Source: Bacillus subtilis subsp. subtilis str. 168
GTDB taxonomy: Bacteria; Bacillota; Bacilli; Bacillales; Bacillaceae
NCBI RefSeq assembly: GCF_000009045.1
Contig: NC_000964.3
Coordinates: 3,720,001-3,784,000 of the forward strand
Reading direction: 5' to 3'
DNA: 64,000 nucleotides
Shown here: positions 28,717 to 38,546 of the stretch, piece by piece
Position numbering within the stretch: position 1 is the first letter of the stretch
How the letters are laid out: the number at the start of each line of letters is the position of its first letter
Made by a program: the position numbers and the translations under genes
The notes under the pieces: generated by a model
Told to the model about the DNA's origin: nothing
Databases searched by the model: none
The model's input: the letters and a program-made list of their open reading frames with translations, nothing else

Positions 28717-28827
28717 CTAAAATGGATGTGAGAAGTGTGAAATGAGATCCGTATTCTGTAAAGAGTCGTTCATTATGCCGCTTCTTCGTTGTATGGTTTT
28801 AAAAGTAAGTTTGTGAAATATGCCCAC
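28717..28827 (-). CDS. usd: Leader peptide Usd (translational coupling to spoIIID)
   Basis: Not in the ORF track. GTG start follows GAGGTGAGGG; MGIFHKLTFKTIQRRSGIMNDSLQNTDLISHFSHPF; the TAG stop overlaps the spoIIID RBS (TAGGGAGG). Confidence 0.85.
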   Translation of the reverse strand: MGIFHKLTFKTIQRRSGIMNDSLQNTDLISHFSHPF

Positions 28828-28867
28828 GATCCCTCACCTCAAACACTCTCTTTGTTAGGTTTGTAAC

Positions 28868-28896
28868 AGTGTATTAGCATTCTTTTGGGAATATGC
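28868..28896 (-). promoter_or_regulatory. SigE promoter of usd-spoIIID
   Basis: Minus strand GCATATT-N14-AATACACT. Confidence 0.7.
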
Positions 28897-28974
28897 TAAA
28901 AACTCAATAAGGACAAGGGGTGAAACGAACTTTTTCAGATTCAGCAAACTATTTCGCGTCACTAAATTTTCATC

Positions 28975-29032
28975 TTTACAACTATTGATCGCTCCTGTAA
29001 AATGAAATAAGCAATTAGTTACTTAGGTAAGT
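28975..29032 (+). promoter_or_regulatory. SigA promoter of ywoH with a downstream dyad (candidate MarR operator)
   Basis: TTTACA-N17-TAAAAT (28975-29003); ACTTA-GG-TAAGT at 29021-29032. Confidence 0.55.
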
Positions 29033-29051
29033 TTTTTAGAAGGAGACCGAC

Positions 29052-29465
29052 ATGTCCTACGTCAACAGACACCTCATTCATCAAATCAACCAAAGCGCCC
29101 GCCTGATTGCCAAGAAAGCCAATGAACAGCTAGAGCCATTCGGCCTTTATTCATCTCAATGGTCAGTTTTATATTGTTTGCGTACGATCGGACCAATGAC
29201 TCAAAAAGAGATTTGGTCCTATTTAAATGTGGAAGCGCCGACTGTGACTCGGACGATCAAACGCCTGGAGGAGAACGGCTGGGTTCAGAGACGGCAAGGT
29301 GAAGACAAACGGGAAAAACTTGTTGTCCTCACAAAAGAAGCCGAGAAAAAATACGAAGAAATCAATGTGAAAATGTTGAAATTCGAGGAAGAGCTGCTTG
29401 CAGATTTCCGGGATGAAGATAAAGAAGCTTTTTCTCATTTATTCCGCATGTTTTTACAACAATGA
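29052..29465 (+). CDS. ywoH: MarR-family regulator
   Basis: LNVEAPTVTRTIKRLEENGWVQR...DKR.KLVVLT. Confidence 0.92.
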   Translation: MSYVNRHLIHQINQSARLIAKKANEQLEPFGLYSSQWSVLYCLRTIGPMTQKEIWSYLNVEAPTVTRTIKRLEENGWVQRRQGEDKREKLVVLTKEAEKKYEEINVKMLKFEEELLADFRDEDKEAFSHLFRMFLQQ

Positions 29466-29486
29466 AAATAAGGAAGTGACATACAT

Positions 29487-30677
29487 TTGAAAAAAGCGGA
29501 TGCGATATGGACCAAGGATTTTATTATGGTCCTGCTTGTCAATTTATTTGTGTTTGTGTTCTTTTATACATTTTTAACTGTATTGCCGATCTATACACTG
29601 CAAGAGCTTGGCGGCACAGAATCACAAGGCGGGCTTTTAATCAGCCTGTTCCTTCTGTCTGCGATCATTACACGGCCTTTCTCCGGAGCCATCGTTGAGC
29701 GTTTCGGGAAGAAAAGAATGGCGATTGTATCAATGGCGCTCTTCGCCCTATCATCTTTTCTGTATATGCCGATTCATAACTTTTCCCTGCTGCTCGGATT
29801 GCGGTTCTTCCAAGGGATTTGGTTCAGCATTTTAACGACTGTTACAGGTGCAATTGCCGCTGATATTATTCCAGCCAAACGGCGCGGTGAAGGGCTTGGA
29901 TACTTTGCCATGTCTATGAACCTCGCTATGGCGATCGGGCCTTTCCTTGGCCTGAATTTGATGAGAGTGGTAAGCTTTCCTGTATTCTTTACAGCCTTTG
30001 CGCTGTTTATGGTTGCGGGCTTACTTGTTTCGTTCTTGATAAAAGTGCCGCAAAGTAAGGACAGCGGCACGACTGTATTCCGTTTTGCGTTCTCGGATAT
30101 GTTTGAAAAGGGCGCACTCAAAATTGCGACGGTCGGTTTGTTTATTTCTTTCTGTTATTCAACAGTCACATCATATCTGTCTGTATTCGCCAAATCAGTT
30201 GACCTTTCGGATATCAGCGGATATTTCTTTGTTTGTTTTGCGGTGACAATGATGATTGCACGCCCGTTCACAGGGAAATTGTTCGACAAAGTCGGACCGG
30301 GCATTGTCATTTATCCATCAATCCTGATTTTCTCTGTCGGACTCTGCATGCTGTCCTTCACACATAGCGGCTTAATGCTTCTGCTTTCAGGGGCGGTTAT
30401 CGGTCTTGGCTACGGATCAATCGTTCCTTGCATGCAAACATTGGCGATTCAGAAATCTCCGGCTCACCGCTCCGGTTTTGCGACGGCAACGTTCTTTACC
30501 TTCTTTGACAGCGGAATTGCTGTAGGATCGTATGTATTCGGATTGTTTGTAGCATCTGCCGGCTTCTCTGCCATTTATTTAACAGCGGGGCTGTTCGTTT
30601 TAATTGCTCTGCTTCTCTACACGTGGAGCCAGAAAAAACCTGCAGAGGCTGAAGGAAAAGTGTCTATTGCAGAATAA
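29487..30677 (+). CDS. ywoG: MFS efflux transporter
   Basis: About 12 TM segments; [11 protein letters not shown] and GKLFDKVG loops. Confidence 0.9.
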
Positions 30678-30683
30678 CTTGTC

Positions 30684-30714
30684 AGACTGCCGGGAAATCC
30701 CGGCAGTCTTTTTT
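30684..30714 (+). terminator. ywoG terminator
   Basis: AGACTGCCGGG-AAAT-CCCGGCAGTCT followed by a T-run. Confidence 0.88.
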
Positions 30715-30767
30715 CCATTAAAACACGGCGCCCTCTCGGTTGAACGAGAGAACGCCGCTTATAGCAA

Positions 30768-32174
30768 TTATTCAATGACAGGCCGCGCAGGTGAATCAGG
30801 ATCTAACGAAAAATCATAGGACGCTTCATCACGAAACATCGGATCGGCATATATGGATTGTTGATCGTTTTTTGTTGCTTTTCGATACGAAGAAAATGAA
30901 TCATATTCTTTCTTTTTCCACATCCATATGCCGTCTTGATCCGCTTCCTTGTGGTACACGTTATGATTGACCGTATTACCTTCGTTTTCTGTAAAGTCGT
31001 TTCCGATAAATAATCTGGAATCACCGGCCGTCAATATATTCTTTTCAATTGTGTTGTTTTTCGTATCGTACTGCAGCAGCAGCTGTCCGCCGTACAGTCC
31101 CTTTGTGTCATTCCGGTACATAATATTGCGGGCAATCAGAGAATTGCTGGTGCCGCCCCGCTTTTTGTCATATCCTCCGATTGAAATACCGGTGTACGCA
31201 TTGTTGTACACTTTGTTGTCTGTGATCTGAATGGCATTTGCATACTTTCCTTTGTGTTCAGACGTTGCTTCAATCCCAATATCGTTATCGTAAACTGTGT
31301 TGTTCTTAATTTCGATATCGTGTCCTCCATCGACATAAATCCCGCCCGCTGAGTATTCATCTCCATAAGCAGGATTGCCGTAAGTCGAGTTTTGATAAAC
31401 TGTATTGTTTTCTACGACTCCGTTTCGCACGTAATCGTTTTTATCCGCGGTTCCCTCATAACCAATTAGATCAATCCCGATGTTATTATTGTTGCGGACC
31501 ACATTGCCTGCAACTGTGAAGCCGTCGATATTACCGTTCAGCACAACTGCTTCACTCGCTCCAAGCGTCAGTTTCTCAACTGTATTGTCCTCGATTCGGA
31601 TGTCTTTCATGCTGCCAGTCCCATAAACTGCGATTCCGTGAGCATTTCCTTCATCCGCTGTTGTCTTAATCCCCCGGATGTGATTATCCTTAATGGCGAT
31701 ATGACTGCTGGACCCTGATACATAAATCCCTATAGCAGTTGCTTCCTCAGATGAAACAGAAAGATCTTGAATTGTTAAACCGCTGATGGCAATGTCATGT
31801 TTATCGTGAATACGAATAAGCGGTGTTTCATATTCAGCGTTCGCAACGGATTCACCGCTAATCACGACGTTTTCATTTTCATAGTTTCGGAATGTGATAG
31901 GCTTTCCGTCCGTACCGCTGTGCTTTACATCAAGGGTCTCATGATACGTGCCCTCCCGAATCATGACAGTTGTGCCGGCAGCAGCCTTCTCAGATGCGTG
32001 TGCCAATGTACGAAACGGCTTTTCTTTTGTTCCTTCATTTTGATCACTGCCATTTGGCGAAACATACAGATAATCCCCAGATCCTTCCTCATTCGCTTTT
32101 GTCTTATCATAAACGAAAGCGAGGATGACAGACGTTAAAACACCCGCCAAAAGAATAAAATACCATTTTCTCAT
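30768..32174 (-). CDS. ywoF: Exported right-handed beta-helix (pectin-lyase-like) protein
   Basis: N-terminal anchor; YVSPNGSD...GT.EKPFRTL; repeated I.NN.V.NN motifs; start placed at MRKWYF (468 aa). Confidence 0.82.
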   Translation of the reverse strand: MRKWYFILLAGVLTSVILAFVYDKTKANEEGSGDYLYVSPNGSDQNEGTKEKPFRTLAHASEKAAAGTTVMIREGTYHETLDVKHSGTDGKPITFRNYENENVVISGESVANAEYETPLIRIHDKHDIAISGLTIQDLSVSSEEATAIGIYVSGSSSHIAIKDNHIRGIKTTADEGNAHGIAVYGTGSMKDIRIEDNTVEKLTLGASEAVVLNGNIDGFTVAGNVVRNNNNIGIDLIGYEGTADKNDYVRNGVVENNTVYQNSTYGNPAYGDEYSAGGIYVDGGHDIEIKNNTVYDNDIGIEATSEHKGKYANAIQITDNKVYNNAYTGISIGGYDKKRGGTSNSLIARNIMYRNDTKGLYGGQLLLQYDTKNNTIEKNILTAGDSRLFIGNDFTENEGNTVNHNVYHKEADQDGIWMWKKKEYDSFSSYRKATKNDQQSIYADPMFRDEASYDFSLDPDSPARPVIE

Positions 32175-32279
32175 TTTCGATTCCCATTTCGTTTTAGAAT
32201 AGATTTCTAAAACCATTATAAATGTTCTATTTATGGAAAACCATTTCAAAAATATGAAAATATACCGTCTAAATAGATC

Positions 32280-33752
32280 TTATTCAGCCTGGCGGACCTG
32301 CGCATGTTCAACTGTTTCAATTGCCAATGATGCAGGCGGGTGAACACGCATCAGAACAATGTAGAAAAGAAAGGAAATCAGCACACCTACAAACCAAGAA
32401 ATATCGTATAAGCTCTTCAATACAGGAACATACATGCCAATCAGCGAAATCAGCGCTCCTAACATTGTGGCTGCAAACGCACGGTAATTGTAGCCCTTCC
32501 AATACACATACCGTCCTGTTTCGGAATACAGGTCATCTACCGAGAGCTCACGTTTGCGAATGATAAAATAGTCGGCCATCATCACGCCTGCCACCGGTCC
32601 AAGCATGCCGCCTATTAAGCCAAGAAACGCATACACGCTTGTCGCGCTCTCCATCAGCTTCCACGGAACCGTAAATAAAGCGAGCAACGCTGTGATAAAG
32701 CTGCCACGTTTGAAATTGATATATTTCGGCAGGGCATTCGCTATATCATAAGCGGGTGATACGATATTCGCCGCGACATTTACAGAGATCGTGGCGATGC
32801 AGAGTGTGATCACGGACAAGACGATGACATAAGGGTTATCAAACCGCGCCAAAATATCGACAACATCCCAAATCGGCTCTCCGAACGCGACCTGCGAGCC
32901 GGAGGTCACCGTAATACTTGCGAATGCGAACAGCGCAAACGTTCCCGGCAAACCGTAAAATTGTCCTTTGATTTGCTCTTTTTGTGTTTCAGCAAACCGT
33001 GTAAAATCAGGTATATTTAAGATCAATGTCGCCCAGATGCCGATGATGCCAGTAACTCCGGCAGCAAACGGCCAGAATGTTTCTGAAAACGTATGAAACT
33101 TTCCTGGTTGAGAGTATATCGGGCCCAATCCTCCAGCAATATCAACGGCCCACCATACCATGCCGCCAAATACCAGATACACTAAAGGCCCTGCCCACAC
33201 CTCAAAACGTTTAATCGACTCCATGCCGTGATGCAATACGAGTAAATGAATGGCCCAAAAGAATACAAAGGAAAGCAAACCGGACAAGTGAATGCCGAGA
33301 ATGTTCCACTCGCCGCCAATTTCTCCCCAACCTGGCCACATATTCAAAAGCAAAATGTTCAGTGCCGTGCTACCCGCAAAGGTCTGGATGCCAAGCCACA
33401 TGATAGCTGTAAACGCCCTTAGAAGCGCGGGGATATTCGCGCCGTATATCCCGTAAGAAGCCCGAATGATCACTGGAAACGGCAGCCCGTATTTTGTCCC
33501 CGCATGGCCGTTTAAGGCAAGAGCGCCAAATAGGATAAGTGATGCCGTAATAATGATCGCCAGCACCTGCCAAGGCGAAAGGCCGATCGCAATTAATCCT
33601 CCCACGGTCGCGTAGGTCGGTATGTTATGTATACATCCCATCCAAATGGAGGCAAAGTTCATTGCTTTCCACGTCCGTTTTTCCTGTCCCAAAGGCACCA
33701 GATCTTCATTGCTCAGCCTGTTGGATTGCTGCTGACTCTCTTTTAATTTCAT
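32280..33752 (-). CDS. pucI: Allantoin permease (NCS1 family)
   Basis: WMGCIHNIPTY, GTKYGLPFPV and LNIPDFTRFA NCS1 motifs. Confidence 0.93.
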   Translation of the reverse strand: MKLKESQQQSNRLSNEDLVPLGQEKRTWKAMNFASIWMGCIHNIPTYATVGGLIAIGLSPWQVLAIIITASLILFGALALNGHAGTKYGLPFPVIIRASYGIYGANIPALLRAFTAIMWLGIQTFAGSTALNILLLNMWPGWGEIGGEWNILGIHLSGLLSFVFFWAIHLLVLHHGMESIKRFEVWAGPLVYLVFGGMVWWAVDIAGGLGPIYSQPGKFHTFSETFWPFAAGVTGIIGIWATLILNIPDFTRFAETQKEQIKGQFYGLPGTFALFAFASITVTSGSQVAFGEPIWDVVDILARFDNPYVIVLSVITLCIATISVNVAANIVSPAYDIANALPKYINFKRGSFITALLALFTVPWKLMESATSVYAFLGLIGGMLGPVAGVMMADYFIIRKRELSVDDLYSETGRYVYWKGYNYRAFAATMLGALISLIGMYVPVLKSLYDISWFVGVLISFLFYIVLMRVHPPASLAIETVEHAQVRQAE

Positions 33753-33900
33753 AGCCGGCTCCCCTTTCCATATTGTCTATATGTCGTCACACGTTATGTT
33801 TTTTGACATTAGATGTCACTTAATATAACTGAAGAGTCAGACAATAACACTGGCTATGATATACAATTTTCCCGTTTGTATTTGAACAGCTTAAACAAGA

Positions 33901-33931
33901 AAAAGAGACAGACCTCAGAGCCCGTCTCTTT
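33901..33931 (-). terminator. ywoD terminator
   Basis: Minus strand AGAGACGGGC...GTCTGTCTCT followed by TTT. Confidence 0.65.
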
Positions 33932-33932
33932 C

Positions 33933-35291
33933 TTAAGATGCAGTTTTCATTAATGCAGCAAATCTCACAGCCATTAACAGGCTTGCTCCGCCCGCTATAA
34001 TCATAATGATTCCCATCATATCAAAATGGGCTGCCGTGATTTCTTTACCAAAAAGAATGCCAAGGATCACCGAAGACAAAATCGATCCTAGGTAACGGCA
34101 GGTTTGAAACAGGCCTGAAGTCGTTCCTACCATGTTGGAAGGACTCGTTTCCAGCATCGCTGCCTGAAGCGCGACATTGCCCAGTCCGTAGCCTATACCC
34201 AAGAGCGACAGAATGAGGCCTTTACCGATGGTCTGGACATTGATAAAAAAGATGGTTAAGAGCACGGCTCCAGCCGTCATCAAAAGCGCTCCCGCAAAGA
34301 TCGGCTTGACGACACCAGATCGGTCGATCCATTTGCCGGTTAGAGGTGACACAACGATGCTCATTCCAGACATAAACAGCATAAACAGGCCGCTCGTTTG
34401 AACAGAAAGATGCATTTCATCCTGAAAGTAACTTGGCAAACCAAAAAATAAACAATAGAAGAAAACATTCAATAAAATAAACTGAACATACACGGCTGAC
34501 AGGTTTCGCTGTGTTTTAAACAGACGGACATCAATAAACGGCTTATCCGTTTTCAGCTCGCGCCAGACAAACGCACAGAGCAGAAGCAAGCCAAGCACAC
34601 CTTCAACCGCATGCGGCGACGTGCTGAACGACAGCAAAAAGGATAGAAGGAAAATGATTCCCCCGGCAAATAAAACAATTCCAAGAATATCGAGCTGCCG
34701 AATAATGGTTTTGATTCCTGCCCCTTTTTTCTGATCTTTCGGGAACATATACAGGCCCAATAAGAAGCTGAGGATAATAAACGGCAAATTAACGATAAAG
34801 ATCGCCGGCCAGCCTCCCCATACAATCAAAAACCCGCCGGCTGTCGGCCCCAGCGCCGTCATGGCGGACGCAAAAATAGAGAGTACAGCCAAGGCTGAAG
34901 CTTGGCGCTCATGAATATGATTCCGAATCAAGCCGACACCTGACGGATAAATCGCACTGCTCCCCACCGATTGAAACAGCCGCATGACCAATAATGTCAT
35001 AAACGTCGGCGCAAACGGCGCCCCGATGGCAGAAACCGCAACAAGAATAAGCCCGAATAAAAACAAGCGTTTCCGCCCAATCAAATCACCGAGCTTTCCC
35101 GTTACGGGCTGCGCTACGGCACTCGCCAAGTAAAACGAGGAAATCAGCCAGGAAACCGTTGTAAACGAGAGGTGAAACTCATGCTGGATGCTATGGAGCG
35201 CAAGAGAGATCATAGACGAGTTCAGCGGATTCAGCATTGTTCCCGAAGCCACAGCTGTTAAAAAAACAGCTCGGCTTTTTTTCGATAACAT
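33933..35291 (-). CDS. ywoD: MFS drug-efflux transporter (DHA2-like)
   Basis: GKLGDLIGRKR and GPTAGG; about 14 TM segments. Confidence 0.9.
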   Translation of the reverse strand: MLSKKSRAVFLTAVASGTMLNPLNSSMISLALHSIQHEFHLSFTTVSWLISSFYLASAVAQPVTGKLGDLIGRKRLFLFGLILVAVSAIGAPFAPTFMTLLVMRLFQSVGSSAIYPSGVGLIRNHIHERQASALAVLSIFASAMTALGPTAGGFLIVWGGWPAIFIVNLPFIILSFLLGLYMFPKDQKKGAGIKTIIRQLDILGIVLFAGGIIFLLSFLLSFSTSPHAVEGVLGLLLLCAFVWRELKTDKPFIDVRLFKTQRNLSAVYVQFILLNVFFYCLFFGLPSYFQDEMHLSVQTSGLFMLFMSGMSIVVSPLTGKWIDRSGVVKPIFAGALLMTAGAVLLTIFFINVQTIGKGLILSLLGIGYGLGNVALQAAMLETSPSNMVGTTSGLFQTCRYLGSILSSVILGILFGKEITAAHFDMMGIIMIIAGGASLLMAVRFAALMKTAS

Positions 35292-35860
35292 CATTTCACT
35301 TGTTCCAGAAACTCTTCCGTTGTCCGCGATTTACCGATTCTCGGGAAAATAAAGCGCAGTGTGGCTTCATGCTCTTCATCGCTAAATGTGGACATGGCAT
35401 CTGTAATAAAAATCTGCTGATAGCCAAGCTGAAATGCCTCCCGTGCTGTGCTTTCCACCCCGATATTCGTTGCGATGCCGCACAATACAATCGTATCAAT
35501 GCCGCGACGTCTCAGCTGCAAGTCTAAATCTGTGCCAAAAAAAGCACCCCATTGCCGTTTTGTCACAGTATAATCGCCATCCTGCACACCGATTTCCGGA
35601 ACAAATTCGGCCCAGTCCGCCGGCATTTCCCCTGAACCTCCCTGCGCAGGCTCATCCGTTTGCGGCTTCAGGGCGTCCGCTCCATCATGAAAGGCTACAT
35701 TTACAAAGCTGATGAACCCGTTATGTTTCCGAAATTCATCTACGAGCTTTTTCGCGTTCGGGACAACCTGGCCGCTTTGATCAATCGGCACAATTCCCTT
35801 TTGTAAATCAATGATAACCAATGCTGTTTTTTGAAAATCAATGTTGAGTGTATTCATCAT
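35291..35860 (-). CDS. ywoC: Isochorismatase/cysteine hydrolase family protein
   Basis: LVIIDLQKG, KRQWGAF and GIATNIGVESTAR; start follows GGAGGAG. Confidence 0.9.
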   Translation of the reverse strand: MMNTLNIDFQKTALVIIDLQKGIVPIDQSGQVVPNAKKLVDEFRKHNGFISFVNVAFHDGADALKPQTDEPAQGGSGEMPADWAEFVPEIGVQDGDYTVTKRQWGAFFGTDLDLQLRRRGIDTIVLCGIATNIGVESTAREAFQLGYQQIFITDAMSTFSDEEHEATLRFIFPRIGKSRTTEEFLEQVK

Positions 35861-36043
35861 ACGTCTCCTCCTGATACTGTTAGTGTTTCTCACATTGCAT
35901 ATTTTACTCTTCACACTGCCTAAGTTCTTTTATGATGCTTGTGAAATTCTCAGAAGGAGCGTTTTCTCATGATTTTTCTTTTATGTAGTAGTAACAGGTT
36001 GTGCATACGAACAAACCGGCAAGCACTGTAATCATAAAGGGCG

Positions 36044-36508
36044 TCATCGCTTCATCACCTGCCTGCTGTCTATCGGTTCCTGCCTGAAAATGCCCATGAA
36101 TTTGCGGCGGTCCATCCAAAGCAGGATAAGACACATAACCATTAATATCGTGCTAAGATCCTGCACGCCAATATCAAAACAATAGTTAATCAAGACGATG
36201 TTCACAATAATGGGCATAAAAATAACCGCCCCTAATGCAGCCGTTCGCGGAATCAGTAATAAAACAGCTGCCAGGATTTCACCAAAACCTATAAACAGTT
36301 CATAGACATGAGAATAACCGAAAAATGTCCACGCGATCGTAAACCCCTTCCCGGCAGCCGCCTCGATTTCAGGCGTCACCTCGCCAAACTGGCCAATTAC
36401 CACTTTCGCCAGACCGTACACGAAAAAATTAAAGGCTAAAAACAATCGGAACGTCGCGGGAATCGACTTGCGTACCGCTTTCCTCAGCCTGCCGCCTTTA
36501 TTCATCAT
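36044..36508 (-). CDS. ywoB: Membrane protein (DoxX-like)
   Basis: YGLAKV..GQF and WTFFGYS; 4 hydrophobic segments; RBS GAGGGGG. Confidence 0.8.
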   Translation of the reverse strand: MMNKGGRLRKAVRKSIPATFRLFLAFNFFVYGLAKVVIGQFGEVTPEIEAAAGKGFTIAWTFFGYSHVYELFIGFGEILAAVLLLIPRTAALGAVIFMPIIVNIVLINYCFDIGVQDLSTILMVMCLILLWMDRRKFMGIFRQEPIDSRQVMKR

Positions 36509-36687
36509 ACATCCCCCTCAGTGTATTATTTGATGTAGTACACTTAATACAGTATAGAGTATTCTAATTAATGTCAATTCCCTTTTCAGCTCATATGAAT
36601 AGTTTCTTTTATAGATACAAAGTCTTATATCGCAAAAAATGCCATTCTCCTTCCTTTCCATCCCTCGATAACATTTCTCAAAAACCA

Positions 36688-36704
36688 TGTCAGGAAATCT
36701 TACA
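36688..36704. promoter_or_regulatory. TnrA box of amtB-glnK (nrgAB)
   Basis: TGTCA-GGAAATC-TTACA matches TGTNA-N7-TNACA. Confidence 0.9.
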
Positions 36705-36789
36705 TGAAAATGTTTTATCATTCTTTTTTCTCTATAATGAAGAAATATAATAATTGCTTTTTATTCTGAAAGATACGGAGGAATGAGAC

Positions 36790-38004
36790 ATGCAAATGGG
36801 CGATACAGTTTTTATGTTCTTTTGCGCTTTACTCGTGTGGCTGATGACCCCGGGATTAGCGTTATTTTATGGAGGAATGGTAAAGAGCAAAAATGTGCTG
36901 AGCACTGCCATGCACAGTTTCTCTTCCATTGCCATCGTTTCCATCGTTTGGGTGCTGTTCGGATATACACTTGCCTTCGCACCAGGCAATTCAATCATCG
37001 GCGGGCTGGAGTGGGCAGGCCTCAAAGGGGTCGGATTTGATCCGGGAGATTACAGCGATACCATCCCCCACTCGTTATTTATGATGTTCCAAATGACGTT
37101 CGCCGTTCTGACTACAGCGATTATTTCCGGGGCTTTCGCAGAGCGGATGCGATTCGGCGCTTTTCTTTTATTCTCGGTTTTATGGGCCTCTTTGGTTTAC
37201 ACACCCGTAGCGCACTGGGTATGGGGCGGCGGCTGGATCGGCCAGCTTGGAGCGCTCGATTTCGCTGGCGGCAATGTTGTTCATATTTCCTCCGGGGTGG
37301 CAGGACTTGTTCTTGCCATTGTGCTCGGCAAACGGAAAGACGGTACAGCGTCTTCTCCGCATAACCTCATTTACACCTTCTTAGGAGGAGCTTTGATTTG
37401 GTTCGGCTGGTTCGGCTTTAACGTCGGCAGCGCATTGACCTTAGATGGTGTGGCCATGTACGCGTTCATCAACACAAACACCGCGGCTGCAGCCGGGATC
37501 GCCGGCTGGATCTTAGTAGAATGGATCATTAACAAAAAACCGACAATGCTCGGAGCGGTATCTGGGGCAATCGCCGGGCTTGTCGCCATTACGCCGGCTG
37601 CCGGATTTGTCACACCGTTCGCTTCCATTATTATCGGCATCATCGGCGGAGCTGTTTGTTTCTGGGGAGTATTCTCGCTTAAAAAGAAATTCGGATACGA
37701 CGACGCGCTTGACGCCTTTGGCCTGCACGGGATCGGCGGCACATGGGGCGGAATCGCAACAGGATTATTCGCAACAACCTCTGTTAACTCAGCGGGCGCA
37801 GATGGGTTATTTTACGGTGATGCAAGCTTAATCTGGAAACAAATCGTCGCCATCGCCGCCACTTATGTTTTTGTATTTATTGTCACTTTCGTTATTATTA
37901 AAATTGTAAGCCTCTTCCTTCCCCTTCGCGCAACTGAAGAAGAAGAGTCACTTGGGCTTGACTTAACGATGCACGGGGAAAAAGCATATCAAGATTCTAT
38001 GTGA
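36790..38004 (+). CDS. amtB: Ammonium transporter AmtB (NrgA)
   Basis: FQMTFA, DFAGGNVVH, WFGWFGFN and DDALDAFGLHG motifs. Confidence 0.97.
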   Translation: MQMGDTVFMFFCALLVWLMTPGLALFYGGMVKSKNVLSTAMHSFSSIAIVSIVWVLFGYTLAFAPGNSIIGGLEWAGLKGVGFDPGDYSDTIPHSLFMMFQMTFAVLTTAIISGAFAERMRFGAFLLFSVLWASLVYTPVAHWVWGGGWIGQLGALDFAGGNVVHISSGVAGLVLAIVLGKRKDGTASSPHNLIYTFLGGALIWFGWFGFNVGSALTLDGVAMYAFINTNTAAAAGIAGWILVEWIINKKPTMLGAVSGAIAGLVAITPAAGFVTPFASIIIGIIGGAVCFWGVFSLKKKFGYDDALDAFGLHGIGGTWGGIATGLFATTSVNSAGADGLFYGDASLIWKQIVAIAATYVFVFIVTFVIIKIVSLFLPLRATEEEESLGLDLTMHGEKAYQDSM

Positions 38005-38015
38005 GGAGTGACGCT

Positions 38016-38366
38016 ATGAGCGGTCAAATGTTCAAGGTAGAAATTGTAACGCGTCCGGCAAATTTTGAAAAGCTGAAGCAGGAACTCGGAAAAATCGGAG
38101 TGACCTCTCTGACTTTCTCCAATGTACACGGCTGCGGCCTTCAAAAAGCACATACGGAGCTCTATCGAGGGGTAAAAATAGAAAGCAATGTATACGAGCG
38201 TTTAAAAATAGAAATTGTGGTCAGCAAGGTTCCTGTTGATCAAGTGACAGAGACCGCTAAAAGGGTGCTGAAAACGGGATCACCAGGTGACGGTAAAATA
38301 TTTGTCTATGAAATCAGCAATACGATCAACATCCGCACAGGCGAAGAAGGACCTGAAGCACTTTAA
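38016..38366 (+). CDS. glnK: PII protein GlnK (NrgB)
   Basis: GCGLQK..TELYRG and TGSPGDGKIFV; start at 38016 (116 aa). Confidence 0.96.
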   Translation: MSGQMFKVEIVTRPANFEKLKQELGKIGVTSLTFSNVHGCGLQKAHTELYRGVKIESNVYERLKIEIVVSKVPVDQVTETAKRVLKTGSPGDGKIFVYEISNTINIRTGEEGPEAL

Positions 38367-38375
38367 TATCGGTAC

Positions 38376-38405
38376 GAGATTCGGACACTCCGGATCTCTT
38401 TTTTT
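38376..38405 (+). terminator. nrgAB terminator
   Basis: GAGATTCGGA-CAC-TCCGGATCTC followed by a T-run. Confidence 0.85.
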
Positions 38406-38488
38406 GTGCACAGAATCCCCCCAGAAACCGCGATTCCTCTTCGAATTCTCTTCAAGCGCCGTTATTTCAGACAATCTCTATTTTTATT

Positions 38489-38517
38489 TGAAACTTTTCA
38501 TGAGTAAGATTAGTCTA
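38489..38517 (+). promoter_or_regulatory. SigM/SigX promoter of bcrC
   Basis: TGAAAC-N17-AGTCTA. Confidence 0.75.
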
Positions 38518-38546
38518 CTAAATATAAAAATGTAAAAGGTGATTAT

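Noticed and set aside
30768-31900. Recurrent Asn/Ile-rich periodicity in ywoF DNA
   Set aside because: Explained by beta-helix coil repeats in the protein; no exact DNA repeats or spacers.
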